A stretch of DNA of 64,000 nucleotides from assembly GCF_009834535.1 (NCBI RefSeq), contig NC_045697.1:1924001-1988000 (forward strand). Reading direction: 5' to 3'. A program made the translations under genes and the position numbers. Below the pieces are notes generated by a model. That model worked only from the letters and a program-made list of their open reading frames with translations, was not told where the DNA came from and did not search any database. Below are positions 15,070 to 27,984 of this stretch, one piece after another. Positions within the stretch are counted from its first letter, which is position 1. Every line of letters begins with the position of its first letter. Source of the DNA: Camelus ferus. Lineage: Eukaryota.

Positions 15070-16926
15070 GTCGGTGGTCGCCCCTCTTGCTCTCCGTGGC
15101 GCCGCTGTGAGCCCTGTAAGCGGGTGAAGACCCCCAAACGAGGGTGCTCGTGACTGGCTCTTTTCCCGGTCAGGGGGACCCGTGTGTTGGTAGTTACCAC
15201 CGCCGTCTCTAGGGCCGTGGGGTCTGCGCTGATGCCCTGCGACCCTCCCAGGTTGCTGGTGTCTCCACTTGGCAAGTGTGGAGTCTGGGCTCAAGGTGGC
15301 CCCTAGGTCCCCAGGGCACCCTCTGGGAAGGGGCTCCAGCACTGTGTCCTGTCCCGCTGACGCACGGCGGCCCTCATCCTGGTCAGTTAGACGTTCTTCA
15401 TTCCATCTGTAAGTGTGTGTCCCCTGCTCACTTATGAAGTGGTTTAGCAGTTCCTGTGGTCCGATCAGAACTTCCGTAGTCGAACGACGCGGTGGGTGGT
15501 CCCCACAAGTGCGGTGGAAGGAGCCGGAGCCCGAGCGTCGCAGGCTCTCTGACCCACACCTGCCGCGTGGCGTTGAGGACAGGGCGCTCTGCGCGGTGCC
15601 TCCGGGAGACCTGACCGGCTGCCGGCGCAGCGCCGGGCCTCACACACGTCGGACGCCGTCCGCAGACACCTGTGTGCGCCCTTTGCTCACCCCGGCCGGG
15701 GAGCCAGAGCTCTGGGCCTCACGGGGGCCGTGCTCTTGGCGTCGGATGGCATCACGCGGGCGCCATCTCTGTGACTTCAGTCCTGGTCTGGCTTCACGGC
15801 AGACCTGTTACCCTGAGGCCGCTCATGCCGGGTGGGGGCTGGCCTCTGGTGAGATTAACAGATGACAATTTTAGTAAGTTGGTTGATTTGGTGTTTTCAT
15901 GTAGCCCTGGATTCCAGGCCTATAGGTACGTATTTTCAGGGTGGTGCTTTGTAAGCTTTATCCTAGTCTCTCTTAACCGTGGACACAGTTTGAGGAAGGT
16001 GGAGGTTGAAGGCTGGCATGCATAGTAAATGCCCAGCTGAATTTCTGCCGCTGTGAGGTTGAGTGGAAGATGGTCTGTGAAACACTTGGCACGTGCCTGC
16101 CAGGTAGCTAAGCAGGGGACACACCAGAAACAATGCCAGGCGGGCACCCTGGGGAGGCTGACATGGGCTTTGGGAGTATGAGTCTGGGTGTGGAGACAGA
16201 GCCGAGCCCTGGGAGTTGAGGGTCTCACGAAGGAGACGAGGAAGGGACGGAAGAGCCAGCGGTGTTCTTAACGCCCAGGAGGAAGGGCGCTTCACGGAGG
16301 AGGGATGGATCCACTGGGGTAAATGGGCCCTAGGCACAAGCCTGGCTTAGTACCGTGGAGGTCACTGGGGGGCAGTTTTGGGGGAGTGGAGGGGGCAGAA
16401 GCCCGGCCGGTGTGTGTTGGTGAGAGGCTGGGAGGGAGGAGTGGGAAAGGGGACAGATGCGGGGTGGCGCCTAGAGGACAAGGGAGGGGTGGTAGAAGGG
16501 CCAGTGGGGAGGGACGAGGGCTGGGGTCGGCCAAGAGCAGAGGGTAAGGGGGCGGTGCAGGGTGGACGAAATTGCCATCGGGGTGTCCCTGCGCAGATGC
16601 AGACCAAGGTTGGGATCGGCTGCATGACCGGCGGGGGCCCTGGCTGTGGACACGGCGGTTCCTCCAGAGAACCCAGGCAGAGGGAGCTGGTGGGCAGCAG
16701 CTCCAGGGTGTCTCCCCACCATGCGGGTTTCGACCTGCACCTTGAGAGAGTCACACCCCGTGCAGGGACATGTACTGTGTCTGCACCCTCGTCAGCAGTG
16801 ACAGAAGCCTTCAGCAGGGGGTGGTTGAATACACTGTGGTAGAGACTTAGCTGAAATATTTTTCATCCTTTAAAGATTATGTCAGGTTTTAAAACCTGTT
16901 GCTTTGGGAGTTCTCCATTGTATTTT

Positions 16927-16980
16927 TTTTCACTTTTTTTTTTTTTATTGAGTTACAGTCATTTTATAATGTTGTGTCAA
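16927..16980 (-). mobile_element. Extremely 5'-truncated L1 3' end with perfect 13-bp TSD
   Basis: Minus strand TTGACACAACATTATAAAATGACTGTAACTCAATAAA(A)n; TSD tccattgtatttt at 16914-16926 and 16981-16993; TT/AAAA endonuclease site. Confidence 0.88.
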
Positions 16981-17532
16981 TCCATTGTATTTTAAGGGAG
17001 AAAAGCAGAGACATTTAGAGTATGACCTTTCAAAACAACTTAAAAGCCTCTCTGCGTGCGTCTGGACATATGGTTGTAGGAATGTGGAGAAAGTTAAGAC
17101 GTAGAAATACACCAGTTTGTTGATTTGTTGCCAAAAAGCAGGGTAGGGATGGGGTGCAGGTGAAGCAAATAAAGAAGAAAGCAGCGTACGTCCTACCCTG
17201 TCTGGGTGAGTGATGCGCGTGGAGAGTGGCACGAGGGCTGGCTCCCAGGGTGTGGATGGGGATCGTGTCAGGCTGGTGCATTTCTAGCTAATGCTTTTCA
17301 TGCTTTTATGTATTTGTAGCCTTCACAGCAAGCATGTGTAGTTTATATAATAAAAATCTCAACGAGAAGATTTCCATATGGAAAAACTAGAGCTGCTGCA
17401 GTGCTGTTCTGAAGGGTGTTTGCCTGGGTCACTACTGAAGTTAAATGCGTTTAAATTTGGGGGTGGTAATGATGGGACAGTCAAGGTCATCTGACCTTGA
17501 GACCCCATCTGACCTTGAGCTGTAAAACGTGA

Positions 17533-17879
<347 letters not shown>

Positions 17880-18001
17880 ATACAGAGATTTGTTGGTAGA
17901 ATGGGTAAAATGAGGGCAAATTTCATAAATGAAATTGGCAATAGTGGAAAATTTCATCCTCTTTTTCTTTAGCTGTAACTTACTTATTTTCCTTCTTCGA
18001 G

Positions 18002-18237
18002 GCCTCTGTGAGCACCGTTCAGCTGTGGGTGTCGGGAATCCTGGCCATCCTAAGGGTGCTGGTCTCCCAGTCCACCGAGGACATCGTTCTTGCCCGTGTT
18101 CAGGAGCTCGCCTTCCCTCCGTGTCTGCTCTCCTGCCCCGTCGTCAGTAGGCTGAGAGGTGGGGGCGGTGGCTCGGTGCCGGAGGAACACAGTGAGGGAG
18201 GACAAGCGAAGAGTCCGCCAGAGGAAACGTTTTCCAG
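18002..18237 (+). CDS. HTT: HTT exon 39 (236 nt) [20 protein letters not shown]...PPEETFSR
   Basis: ttcgag|GCC (rare GAG acceptor) ... AG|gtaggc. Confidence 0.93.
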
Positions 18238-19338
18238 GTAGGCTGTGCGTCTGGGCCACGAGCCAGTCCCCGGCCTGCAGGATGTCGCCGGCGTATGGGG
18301 GTCGGGAAGTCCTGCTTCAGCTCTGCTCCTTGGGCAGAGGAGTCTGTGTGTTCTCCCTGCCGGCCCGCCTCGCCAGTGGCCGTGGTCAAGCCTCTCTGCA
18401 GGCTCTGTCCCGTCCCCGCAGCCTCGTGAAAGACTGCACGGCGGTCACCGTGCGCTCACCACAGCGGTCACCACGGCAGTAGGCGTGGAGGTGGCCCACC
18501 CTGGGTGCAGGCGATAAGGGCATGCGTTGCCTGCAGAGAGTTTGAAAACCGATGAAACCCGCTGGAAAGTCAGTCTTACTTCTGTGCCCTCCGTGTGCTG
18601 GCCGTCCCAAACACGGTCAGTAATGGAGCCCTTCTCCCAGCCGGGCCAGCCTGCTCCCACTGTGCTCCCCGGCTTACTCGTGGCATCAAGTCGTGTGTGT
18701 CCCCATAGCTGTTGGGAAGTCCCCGAGGGCAACAGTCACGACTCGGGCCCTGTGTGTACTTGTTGTGTGGACAATGTTGATCCACCTTTGCTGGATTCAG
18801 AGTTAGAGCCCTTAAAGTGTGTCCCGGGCGCAGTTCTGAGGACTGCTCCTTCCTGCCGCGTTCACCGTGCCGGCCGCCCTGGGCTGGTCGTCGTGGAGGT
18901 GCTGGGGGGTGTGTGCAGGTCAGTCTGGCGAGCCTGCACGGTGCCCTCTGCCTGGGGCTCTGCAGGGCGGCCCGTGGCTCCCTCTGATACACACCAGCAG
19001 GTGGCTAAGTGGACGGCACATGAAGCTTTTGCGGCAGGCGATCAGCTTGCTTTACAGTTTGCAAAGCTTGAGAGAAACACCACACCCGCCTCGTTTTACC
19101 TCCTGAAGGTCCTTCAAAGGTGGCGTGTTGGCTGCTGTCTCAGGGAAAGAGAGTGATGCGCAGGGCAGAGCGACTCTGTCCAGAGGGGGAGAGTTCGACA
19201 CTGCACTTGGCTCGTTTCACTTCACTTGCATCTTCGCTCTGTCTGCATCTGCTGTGTGTGTGATTTTTATGAATACACCTCCCAGAAGTGCTCCGTAACA
19301 GTCACCTAATTCAGTGTCACCCTTCTCCCTTTCTTTGA

Positions 19339-19506
<168 letters not shown>

Positions 19507-21084
19507 TAGAGCGGCGCTGCGCCCTGCCCGGCGTCGCGCACTCTGGTGGGGGGGTGGGGGTAGGGGCCGTGCTGCCAGTGAGCTCTGCACTGCTCAGTAT
19601 CTGCTTGAAAACCTTCTGCTGGTGGAAACAGCAAACCTGAGGGCTTCCTCTTGTTTTAAAGATTGAGGAGGCCAACATGCTTTTGTCACCTTTATATATG
19701 ATTGTGGATTAAAAAAGGCAAATTCAAGAGAGAAGTTAAAAGATGCTAGCCATGCAGTGAGCACAGGAAGCAGCCAGCTTCCGAATTAGGACAGGCAGTG
19801 TTTTCCAGAAGGAATGGGTGTGTTCAAGGGGAGTGTCCTCCTCTGGGTAAAGTAAGTGACAACCTGGAAGACTCTCGTTACTGGGTACCGGCGTATCTTT
19901 CTTCTCGAAGCAAGCAAAGCAAACAGCAAGGAAGTCATGGTCCAGATATGAAGCAAGTCAACATGTGGCATGATTTACAGTTGATTTCATGGGAACCTGT
20001 GGTTTTAAAAAGGTTCTCCTTTAGTTGGCTCTGGGGTCATGATGAAGGACCCACAAGATGTCATCCTCTGGGCTCCTTGGCTTTGTTGAAAACTGTTCAT
20101 ATAGTCATAATGTAAATGCTGTTTGACTTTTCATTTTTAGGGTCAATGTATGAATAAAACATTGACAGTTTGTTTACTTAATTATGGTTTTAGGACATTG
20201 AAAATGATTCATTTCTTGCAAAGGTAAGAAGGAAACTAACCAGCCAAGTTAATTAGAGAAGTAGAAGGTGGACAGAGGGACGGAGGGATAGAAGGGGCTC
20301 TGGTGCCCCCCGTCTCGCAGTGCTGAACGGAGCAGAACATAGAGACCAGGACGGCAGCGGGGTGGAGCGAAGGTGTAACCTACCGGTGGGAGGCGGTGCG
20401 AGTGAGCTCAGCAGGTCTCATCTCTGATGAGCTGGGGTCTGGAAACCCTGATGTGGTCGCCATGTTCAGAAGTTTTAGTTGCAGGGTTAAGACTCCATCC
20501 TTAACTAGAATGAAAAATGGAATTTACTGGTTTCAGCTCCGGGACGTGCGGGCTGTTGCTCTGAGGTCTGCCTGCTCTGGTGGCTTAACTCTGTTGCCAC
20601 ATCGTGCACTTCCTCGTCTCAGCTCTGAGTACTGTGTTGCTTTGTTCACTGCTGGGCTCCTTCCCTGTGGCAGGAAGGGTGTCCTCTGGCTGCCTGCAGT
20701 CTCAGCCCCCACGTGAGTCCTGTGAGTGACGCGCGGGCCGCTGGGGGCTCTGGCTGGGCTGGCAGGTGAGAGGCTGGCCAGCATTCCTCTGAGAGAGAGG
20801 GTTGCTTTCCGGTCGTGAGGGGAGAGGAGCAGCCAGGATCACTGGCGGTCCGCTGCAGGTGGTGAACTCGTGTCAAGGAGGGTTTGCCAGAGCTGAAAAC
20901 AGTGACAGCACGTGGATGCCTTAAAAGGGAGGGGACAGGGCACTTGTGAATCCGAAGCCTCTCTTTTAAAAATCACGTGTGTGTATCACTATAATACAAA
21001 GTAAAACGCATGCGCGCGCACCCCCCCCACACATACACACACTCCCCCACCGAGAGCAGAAGATACTTACCATCGTCAGCCTGT

Positions 21085-21330
21085 GTTTATTCAGCAAACA
21101 CGTACTGAGTTGGCCGCTGCCGTGCAGGGCTCGGGGTGTGCGGTAGCCAGTGAAGCTGACGTGATCTTGCCTCTGTGGGCTCAGCCTGGCGGGGCAGACA
21201 GTGCACAGATGTCATCCTGAGTCTCCTGGGAAGGGAATGAAAGCATGGTGACAGACGCCCAAGGGTGGGCAAGTGGGGCCGGTTCTCTGAGGGCGACTGT
21301 TGAACTAAGCCCTGGAGGGCGGGGAGGAGC
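21085..21330 (-). mobile_element. L2 3'-end fragment, antisense
   Basis: ttattcagcaaacacgtactgag...cagtgaagctgac...tgcctctgtgggctcagcctggcggggcagacag resembles a GC-shifted L2 tail; boundaries approximate. Confidence 0.55.
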
Positions 21331-23579
21331 TACCCTTTCGGACGCACTTTCGTGCTGAGAGTGGCGAGATGACCCCAAGGCGGGCAGCAGGGACCTGGTC
21401 TCCTGTGGCTGGGAGTCACGGAGGAAGACACGACTCTGTGGCTCTTGGAGTAAGTGCTGTTGCCCTTGGCACAGGAGCACGACCGGCGTTTAACTTTGCT
21501 CACGGGTTATAGCTCCAAGCCACCTATGTGCTTGACACAGAAAGGATTTTCTTTTTGAGGATCTTCTGGTTTATGCCCCATTGACCCACCATAGTAAGTT
21601 CAAGGTTCAGAAGCTAATTGAGCCACGTGTATGGTGGGTCGTCAGTGTGTTGGGCATCTCAGTGCTTGGCCGTGGGTTGGTTTGGGTCTGACACCAGAGG
21701 GACGCCAGGCCATCGCTAAGGATGGCGTCCACCGTCCTCGGGGAGGACGGTGCGACCTGTGGCCTCGGGGCGCCCAGCGGGCGTCTGTGCCGTTCGAGGA
21801 GCTCAGTCACCTGTTGCTCTGACTTCCCCTTCCTTCCCTCGGAAGCCGGGGGTGGGGGGTTGCGGCTGTTGTGGTGCCGAGCAGCCGAGCAGCCGAGCTC
21901 CCTGCAGCGTGGCGCTGCTCTGTGTCTGCGCTAGTTCAGGGGCGTCTTGGCCACATGGCTGTCGGGCTCTGGGGCTGGGGCTGGTGTGACCGAGGAGCTT
22001 CTGTTTGGTCTACTTCTAGTTAAACGTAGCAGCCTGCATGGACTGGCCGGCGGGGAGCCACGCTCTGCTGAGGAGCCCGGGCGGGGTGGCGGGCACAGGC
22101 GCTTGCCGTTCGTGTCTTGGGACCTTGTTCTGTTGGATGCGAGTTTGTAAGTGAGGGGGGTGGGGTGGGTTGACACCTGTTTGCGCTTCCTCATTTGTTT
22201 TGATGGCATTTCTTTTGAAAACATTAGGGGCAGAATTCCTGTGTTGGTTGGTTTTGAGGTAAAATGGAAGTAAATCGTCTTAGCCTTTTACGTGAATAGG
22301 ATGCCTTCAGCGTCTAGAGTCGATTACTTCTGTTTTATGCGTTGCTTAAGCAGTAACCGTGAACCTCACCCCTCCACTAAAAATTGAGACCTTTGTATTT
22401 GTCCATTTCAAGTATTATTTCTTAACAGGAACTAGTCTGACTAATGGCCTTGACCTCTAATTTTCTGTTACCCGTCTTGTTGGGGAAGGGGTATGAATCC
22501 CAAAGTCATTTATTTGCCAGTTTCACATTCAATCCAGCATAAACACAATAGCCAGGAACCTGGCCTCCATTTTATAAACTCTGTAACGGGCGCTCCATCC
22601 TCCCCCGAGACAGGCCAGGCAGAAGCGGGAGGAGACCCTGGGGCTTGGGGCTCACGGAGTCCAGTAGCTTGGTTGTGGGCAGGGCTGGGGCGACGCCCTG
22701 ACTGCCCCGCACATGTCCAGTCCCCATCGGTGCCCCCCACCCCCGCCTCCAGATGCCCTCCATCCCCAGGCCCTGCGGGCGGCGCACCATTCCAGAGCTT
22801 CCCCAGCGGAGCCGGGCAGGATGCCGCTCACTTCCTTCCTCGTGGGACCCTCAGCAGGGCCGGTGCACCCACCCCGTGCGGGCCAAGTGGAAGCATCAGA
22901 GACAGAGAACAGGTCCTTCCTCCGGCGGTGAGATGGATGCCAGTGCACAGTTGGGCGGGGACAAGGCTGCTCACGGTGCTCTCCGGGCGCGCAGCACCTG
23001 GCATCGTTTTACCCCATCGGTCCTCATGGCGACTCTGAAGTGCTTCCCTGTCTCATTGATGAGAGAACGGAGGCTCTGGGAGGGCGTGTGCTGAGACCAA
23101 AAGCGAAGGCCCAGGGTTTCTCCTGCCCGTCAGACGTGCGCCTCTTGGGTGAATGGTGGTGAATGCGGCAGCGGACATGTGCCTGGCCCGTGTGCCGTGA
23201 CGCCATCCGTGTCCTGGCTGAAGTGATGGAGACACAGAGGGGTCGTGTGCTCGGAGGGGGGGCCCCAGGCCTTTCCCAGGCCTCGCGTGTCCCACACCAC
23301 CTCCGATGCCACGGCCCCCGCAGGAGTGCACCCAGGCTGCGTGGGGAGAAGACGGAGCCGAGTAGGAGTAGCGTCTGCCCAGGGCTGCCCCGACAGCTGC
23401 CCTGGGGCGTCCGCTCCACGGCCAGTCCCCCGGTGCCCCTTCCTCCACATCGCCAGGTGTGTGTGTCTCTTTCCCTCCTTGCTGAGAGCTGCCCTGATAA
23501 CCCCACCTGCGAGGGAGACTCAGCCCTTTCTTTGCTCTGCTGCTTCCTTTGTTGTCCTCCTCCTCTTGTTACCACGCAG

Positions 23580-23915
23580 CTTTCCAGCGCGCGGTTTTCA
23601 GGGCTCACTGCTGTCGCCCCGCGCCCGGCTCTCCTTCCTTCTGTGCGTCTGCAGCAGTTGGCCAGCTGCGCGCCTTCCCGAGTCCTCGGCTTCCAGTGCC
23701 TTCACCCGCTCCTGCGCCCACAGCCGCCCGCCTCTGGCAGCTGTCAGTCTGATTGCTGTATCTGTGAGTCTGGATTTCTCACATCCACGTGCAAGTGAGG
23801 TCTTGCAGTCGTTCTTCTCTGTCTGACTTCATGTAGCACGACGCCCTCAAGCCCTGTCCGTGTTGCTGCAAACGGCAGGATCTCCTTCTTTTTCTTAATA
23901 GCTGAGTAGTATTCC

Positions 23916-23976
<61 letters not shown>

Positions 23977-24880
23977 ATGAGAGAGAGAGAGAGAGAGAGA
24001 GAGACGTCTTCCGTACCCACAGCCTCAGGAGGCGCTTGGCTCGTCTCCCCGTCTTGGCTTCTGTGAGAAACGCTGCAGGCACCCAGGGTGCAGGTGTGTT
24101 TGAGTGAGTGCTTTTGTTTCCTTCAGGTAAACACCCAGAAGTGGGGTTGCTGGAGCAAACGGAAGTTCTGTTTTTAACTTTTAAAGTAACCTCCATGCTC
24201 TTTTCCACAGTGGCCGCACCAGTTCGCATCCCCACCAGCAGGGCGCGAGGGCTCCCCTTTCTCCACGTCCTCGCCAGTGCTGCTGCTTCCTCGCCTTTTA
24301 GAGGGCGGCCGTCCTAAGCGGCGCGCCGCGCCGTCTCGTTGTGGTTTTGACTTGCGGTTCTCTGGCAGTTAGGGGTGCTGAGCACCTTTTCATGTGCCTG
24401 TTGGCCATTTGAATGCCTTCTTTGGAAAAATGTCTATTCAGGTCCTTTGCCCTCTTTTTAATTGGATTATTTGGGTTTTTCTGTTATTGATTTATGTATT
24501 TCTTACATATTTTGGAAATTAACTCCTTATCAGATGCATGGTTTGCAAATACTCGCTCCCATTTTGTAGGTTGCCTTTTCATTTTGTGGATGGTTTCCAT
24601 CACTTTGCATTTTAGTTTGATGTCCCACTTGTTTATTTGCATTTTTGATGCCTTTGCTCTTGGTGTCAGATCCAAAAAAACCATCGCTAAGACCAGTGTC
24701 AAACTTTTCCCCTGCGCTTTCTTCTAGGAGGTGTATGGTTCAGGTCTGCAACGAAGTCTTTAATCCATTTTGCGTTAATTTCTGTGAGTCACGTGAGACA
24801 GGGGTCTAAGTTTCGTTCTTTTGCCTGTGCAGATCGGGGTCTCCCAGCACAGGTCACTGAGGAGACCGGCTTTCATCCAT
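23580..24880 (-). mobile_element. L1 fragment (3' UTR and ORF2 C-terminal part), antisense, intron 40
   Basis: Minus-strand peptides MEYYSAIKKKKEILPFAATRTGLEGVVL and MKRQPTKWERVFANHASDKELISKI are L1 ORF2-like; boundaries approximate. Confidence 0.88.
23919..24004. repeat. Compound microsatellite (GT)22(GA)7AT(GA)13 inside the L1
   Basis: Direct count from the sequence. Confidence 0.97.
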
Positions 24881-26223
24881 CGCGTGCTCCAGCGCTGGTT
24901 TCTGTCCTTGCTCTCCGTCTCCCTCCTGTGCCCTTCTGCCTCTGTAGAAACGTCGCTTTCGTGACCTACCTCGGTCGTTGCTGAGAGATGACATCACTGC
25001 ACTGTCCTGGCAGCCTTAGTCTCTTGTTTCCATCCACCCCTGGACACGTGGCTCGGTGTCCTGCTGGCACCTCGCGCACACTGAAGTCAGACCCGTCACC
25101 GGCGTGGCTCCTCTCCAGCTACTTCCTCCTGTTGACGTGACTTGATTGGCGTCCTTCGTGAGAGACGTTCAGAAACACCCCTGACCCCGCCACCTGAGGG
25201 CCCCTGACTCTCTGCCTGTCCGCCAGCCCCCCACCCCACCCCTTCCCCTGCTTTCCTCACATCCTTCCAGCAGCAGCCTGCTTGCTGGCCATGTGCTTCA
25301 TCCAGCACTGTGCCGAGTCCTGGGCTCGGGTTTTATGATTTGAGCCTTGTTGCAGCCCTGTGAGCAGCTGCTGCTCTTAATTCCATCCCACAAGTGAGGG
25401 GCCAGGCCCCAGGCCGCGCACGGCCGGGGTGACCGAGTAGGAACGGTAGAGCCACAGTCTGAGTCGAGGGCTGCCTGTCGCTCAGCCGTCTGGGTCACAG
25501 CTCTGACCGTGGTTTCCTGCTGCCTGCTCAGTGGGTCCCACGCCCTGAGCCTGTCATTCCATGCCCCACGGCTGGCTCCAGGGCTTCTCCGGGCCAGCAC
25601 CCGCCTCTTCCCTGGCATCCGTGACCCGACGGGGAGCCCAGGCAATAATGGAGACACAGAGAAGGACCAGGCCAGGGCTGGGGCAGCCTAACCTCACCGT
25701 GGCCCAGAGAAGAATTGCGCGCTGGGAAGCTTCTTGTCGGGGTTTTGTTGTTTGTAATGTCGAACTTCCGTCCGCTCCCCTCCCGTGCCTCAGGGCATCA
25801 GCGTAACCAGCCGTGAAGCAGTGAGGAGGGGCCTGTGGCCCACTTGCTCTGCCAGCTTTAGGGTTCTTCTGTGTTCGGAATGTGGTGAAATTTAAATCAG
25901 AGACAACATTTTGACTCTCTCCACTGATGCCAGGAGCCCTGAGATGAGGGGCGGGGCGCCAGCCAGCTCCCATCCACGCCGAGCCCTCCGCCTTCCCCCC
26001 TGTGTTTTGCGGCATGTGCATGTCCCCGTGTCCTGGGGTGAAGGCCAGCCGGTGGCAGCGTGAAGGGAGAGGCACTTTGAGCTGGGGGTGGAGGCCGCGG
26101 AGGGGACAGAGTGAAGTGGTGAATTCGGGAGGTCTCTCCAGGCCCTGTGGCAGGAGGGCGCTGCGGAGAGGGGGCGGCAAAGACACTTCCCTGTGGTCAG
26201 TTTTACCTTTGGTTTGTTTCCAG

Positions 26224-26428
26224 GGATGTTCCGGAGAATCACGGCAGCTGCCTCTAGACTCTTCACCGAGGGCGCCGACGGCAGTTTCTACGGCCTGGAG
26301 TGCTTGAATGCCTGGGTGCGCTCCATGGTCCCCACCCACCCGGCCCTCGTGCTGCTCTGGTGCCAGATCCTGCTGCTGGTCAGCCACACCGACTACCGCT
26401 GGTGGGCGGAGGTGCAGCAGACCCCCAA
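26224..26428 (+). CDS. HTT: HTT exon 41 (205 nt) [22 protein letters not shown]...[10 protein letters not shown]
   Basis: ttccag|GG ... AA|gtacgt. Confidence 0.95.
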
Positions 26429-27984
26429 GTACGTGCCCCGGCTCCTGTGCTGAGACTGAGCAGCTTGAGGTTTGGCCCCGTTTTCGTGAGGCTTTGTAAC
26501 AATTCTGCTACGTTTAATCTTTCTCCAGTGGACGCCTTTGTGGGGAAACGTGGTCCCACTGCAGGCAGGCAAAGCCGCCACTGCTTTTCACGTGCGGTTC
26601 CTTTGACAAGTCCCCAGTGCTATTTCACGTTAGGGCCGTGCTTGACGCGTTGGGTCCCTCCTGCTGGGTTCTCATCCTTAAACTGGCTCCAGAGCAAGAC
26701 ATGTTGCAATATCTTAACTTCTTTAGAGGTTCCATGTGGTTCTGGTTATTCTCAATGAAGTGATTATTTAGCAGCATTTCAGAACTACTTGGAAATGCCT
26801 TCCTTTTTGGCATTCAAAGACTTATTCACTATCTGATTGTGGGTGGCCCTCTTTTGGCAAAATGCTTTCAGCCTGAAGTCGATTTCAAGGCACTCTCTCT
26901 CAGAAGCGTGTACATGTGTGGAGGTGAAGGCTTCGGTGCCCCGCCCCCGCAGGCCGAGTCCTCGGTGCAGGGCTTCCGGAAGGCTCGAGCCCACGGCGAG
27001 GAGAGGAAGGTCTGGAGATAGCAGAGGGCGCAGACCGCGGGGCCGGGGCCAGCCCCTCCCTGCTCTGTGCGGAGCCTCAGCTGCGCAAGTGAGGCTGCGG
27101 GGCCCCGTTGTGGCCAGTCCACCGCTTCGGGTGGAAAAGCCGCCGTGAGCAGGCGTTACTACACAGCTGCCCTGTGCGGTGTGCTCCGCGGGGTACTGTG
27201 TGGGGTGGCCAGGAAAGTAAGAGCCGTTTCCTGCCCTCCAAGTGTCTGTCTGCCGTTTAGTCGGGAGGACAGACCAGTGAGAACATTTGAAATCCTGTTG
27301 TCATGACGCCGCCCTGCGTGAGTCAGAAGCAGAACCAGTGTCTTCCACTTCCATGTTTTCACTGTGCGTGTAGACCAGCCGGGAGCTCGTGACATCAGAT
27401 TCTGAGTCAACAAATGGCTGGGGGCCTGGGACTCTGCGTTTCTGCCAGGCTCCCGGGTGGTGCTGACCCCCAGGTCCGTGGAGCCTGCTCTGAGTGCTGA
27501 GGATCGTCCCAAGGACCAAGCCTGTTCCCCAGCCCACTGTCAGACCTGGTGCCTGGACACTTTAGGAACTGGGGTCCTGGGCTCCTGTGTTTTTCCAGGC
27601 TCCCTGGGGGACCCCCACGGGCGGCTGGGGCCGAGTCGCACCGGGTGAACCGTGGCGAGGCGGGGCTTCGGTCAGCTGTCCGCGCTGGCGGGTGCGGGTA
27701 GGTAGACGTTGAGGCGGCGCCCACCACCCCCGTGCACACTCAGTGCTTCTCGACTCCTTCTCCTCTGCCTTTTGATATCTGGTGGGTGGTGAGGGCGGAG
27801 GCCGACCTGGAGTGAGGTCAAGAGGGAGTGGGAGGGCTGACCCTGGCCTGGGGGAGGGAGGGCCTTCCGCAGAGACGCAGCTGGGCTCTCCAGCAGGCTC
27901 AGCCAGCGCCGTGGAAGGTGGAGAGCAGTTTGCTTAGATGAAAAGAAGCAAGTCTGCGTGGCAGACACGTGCGGTTTTATGATC

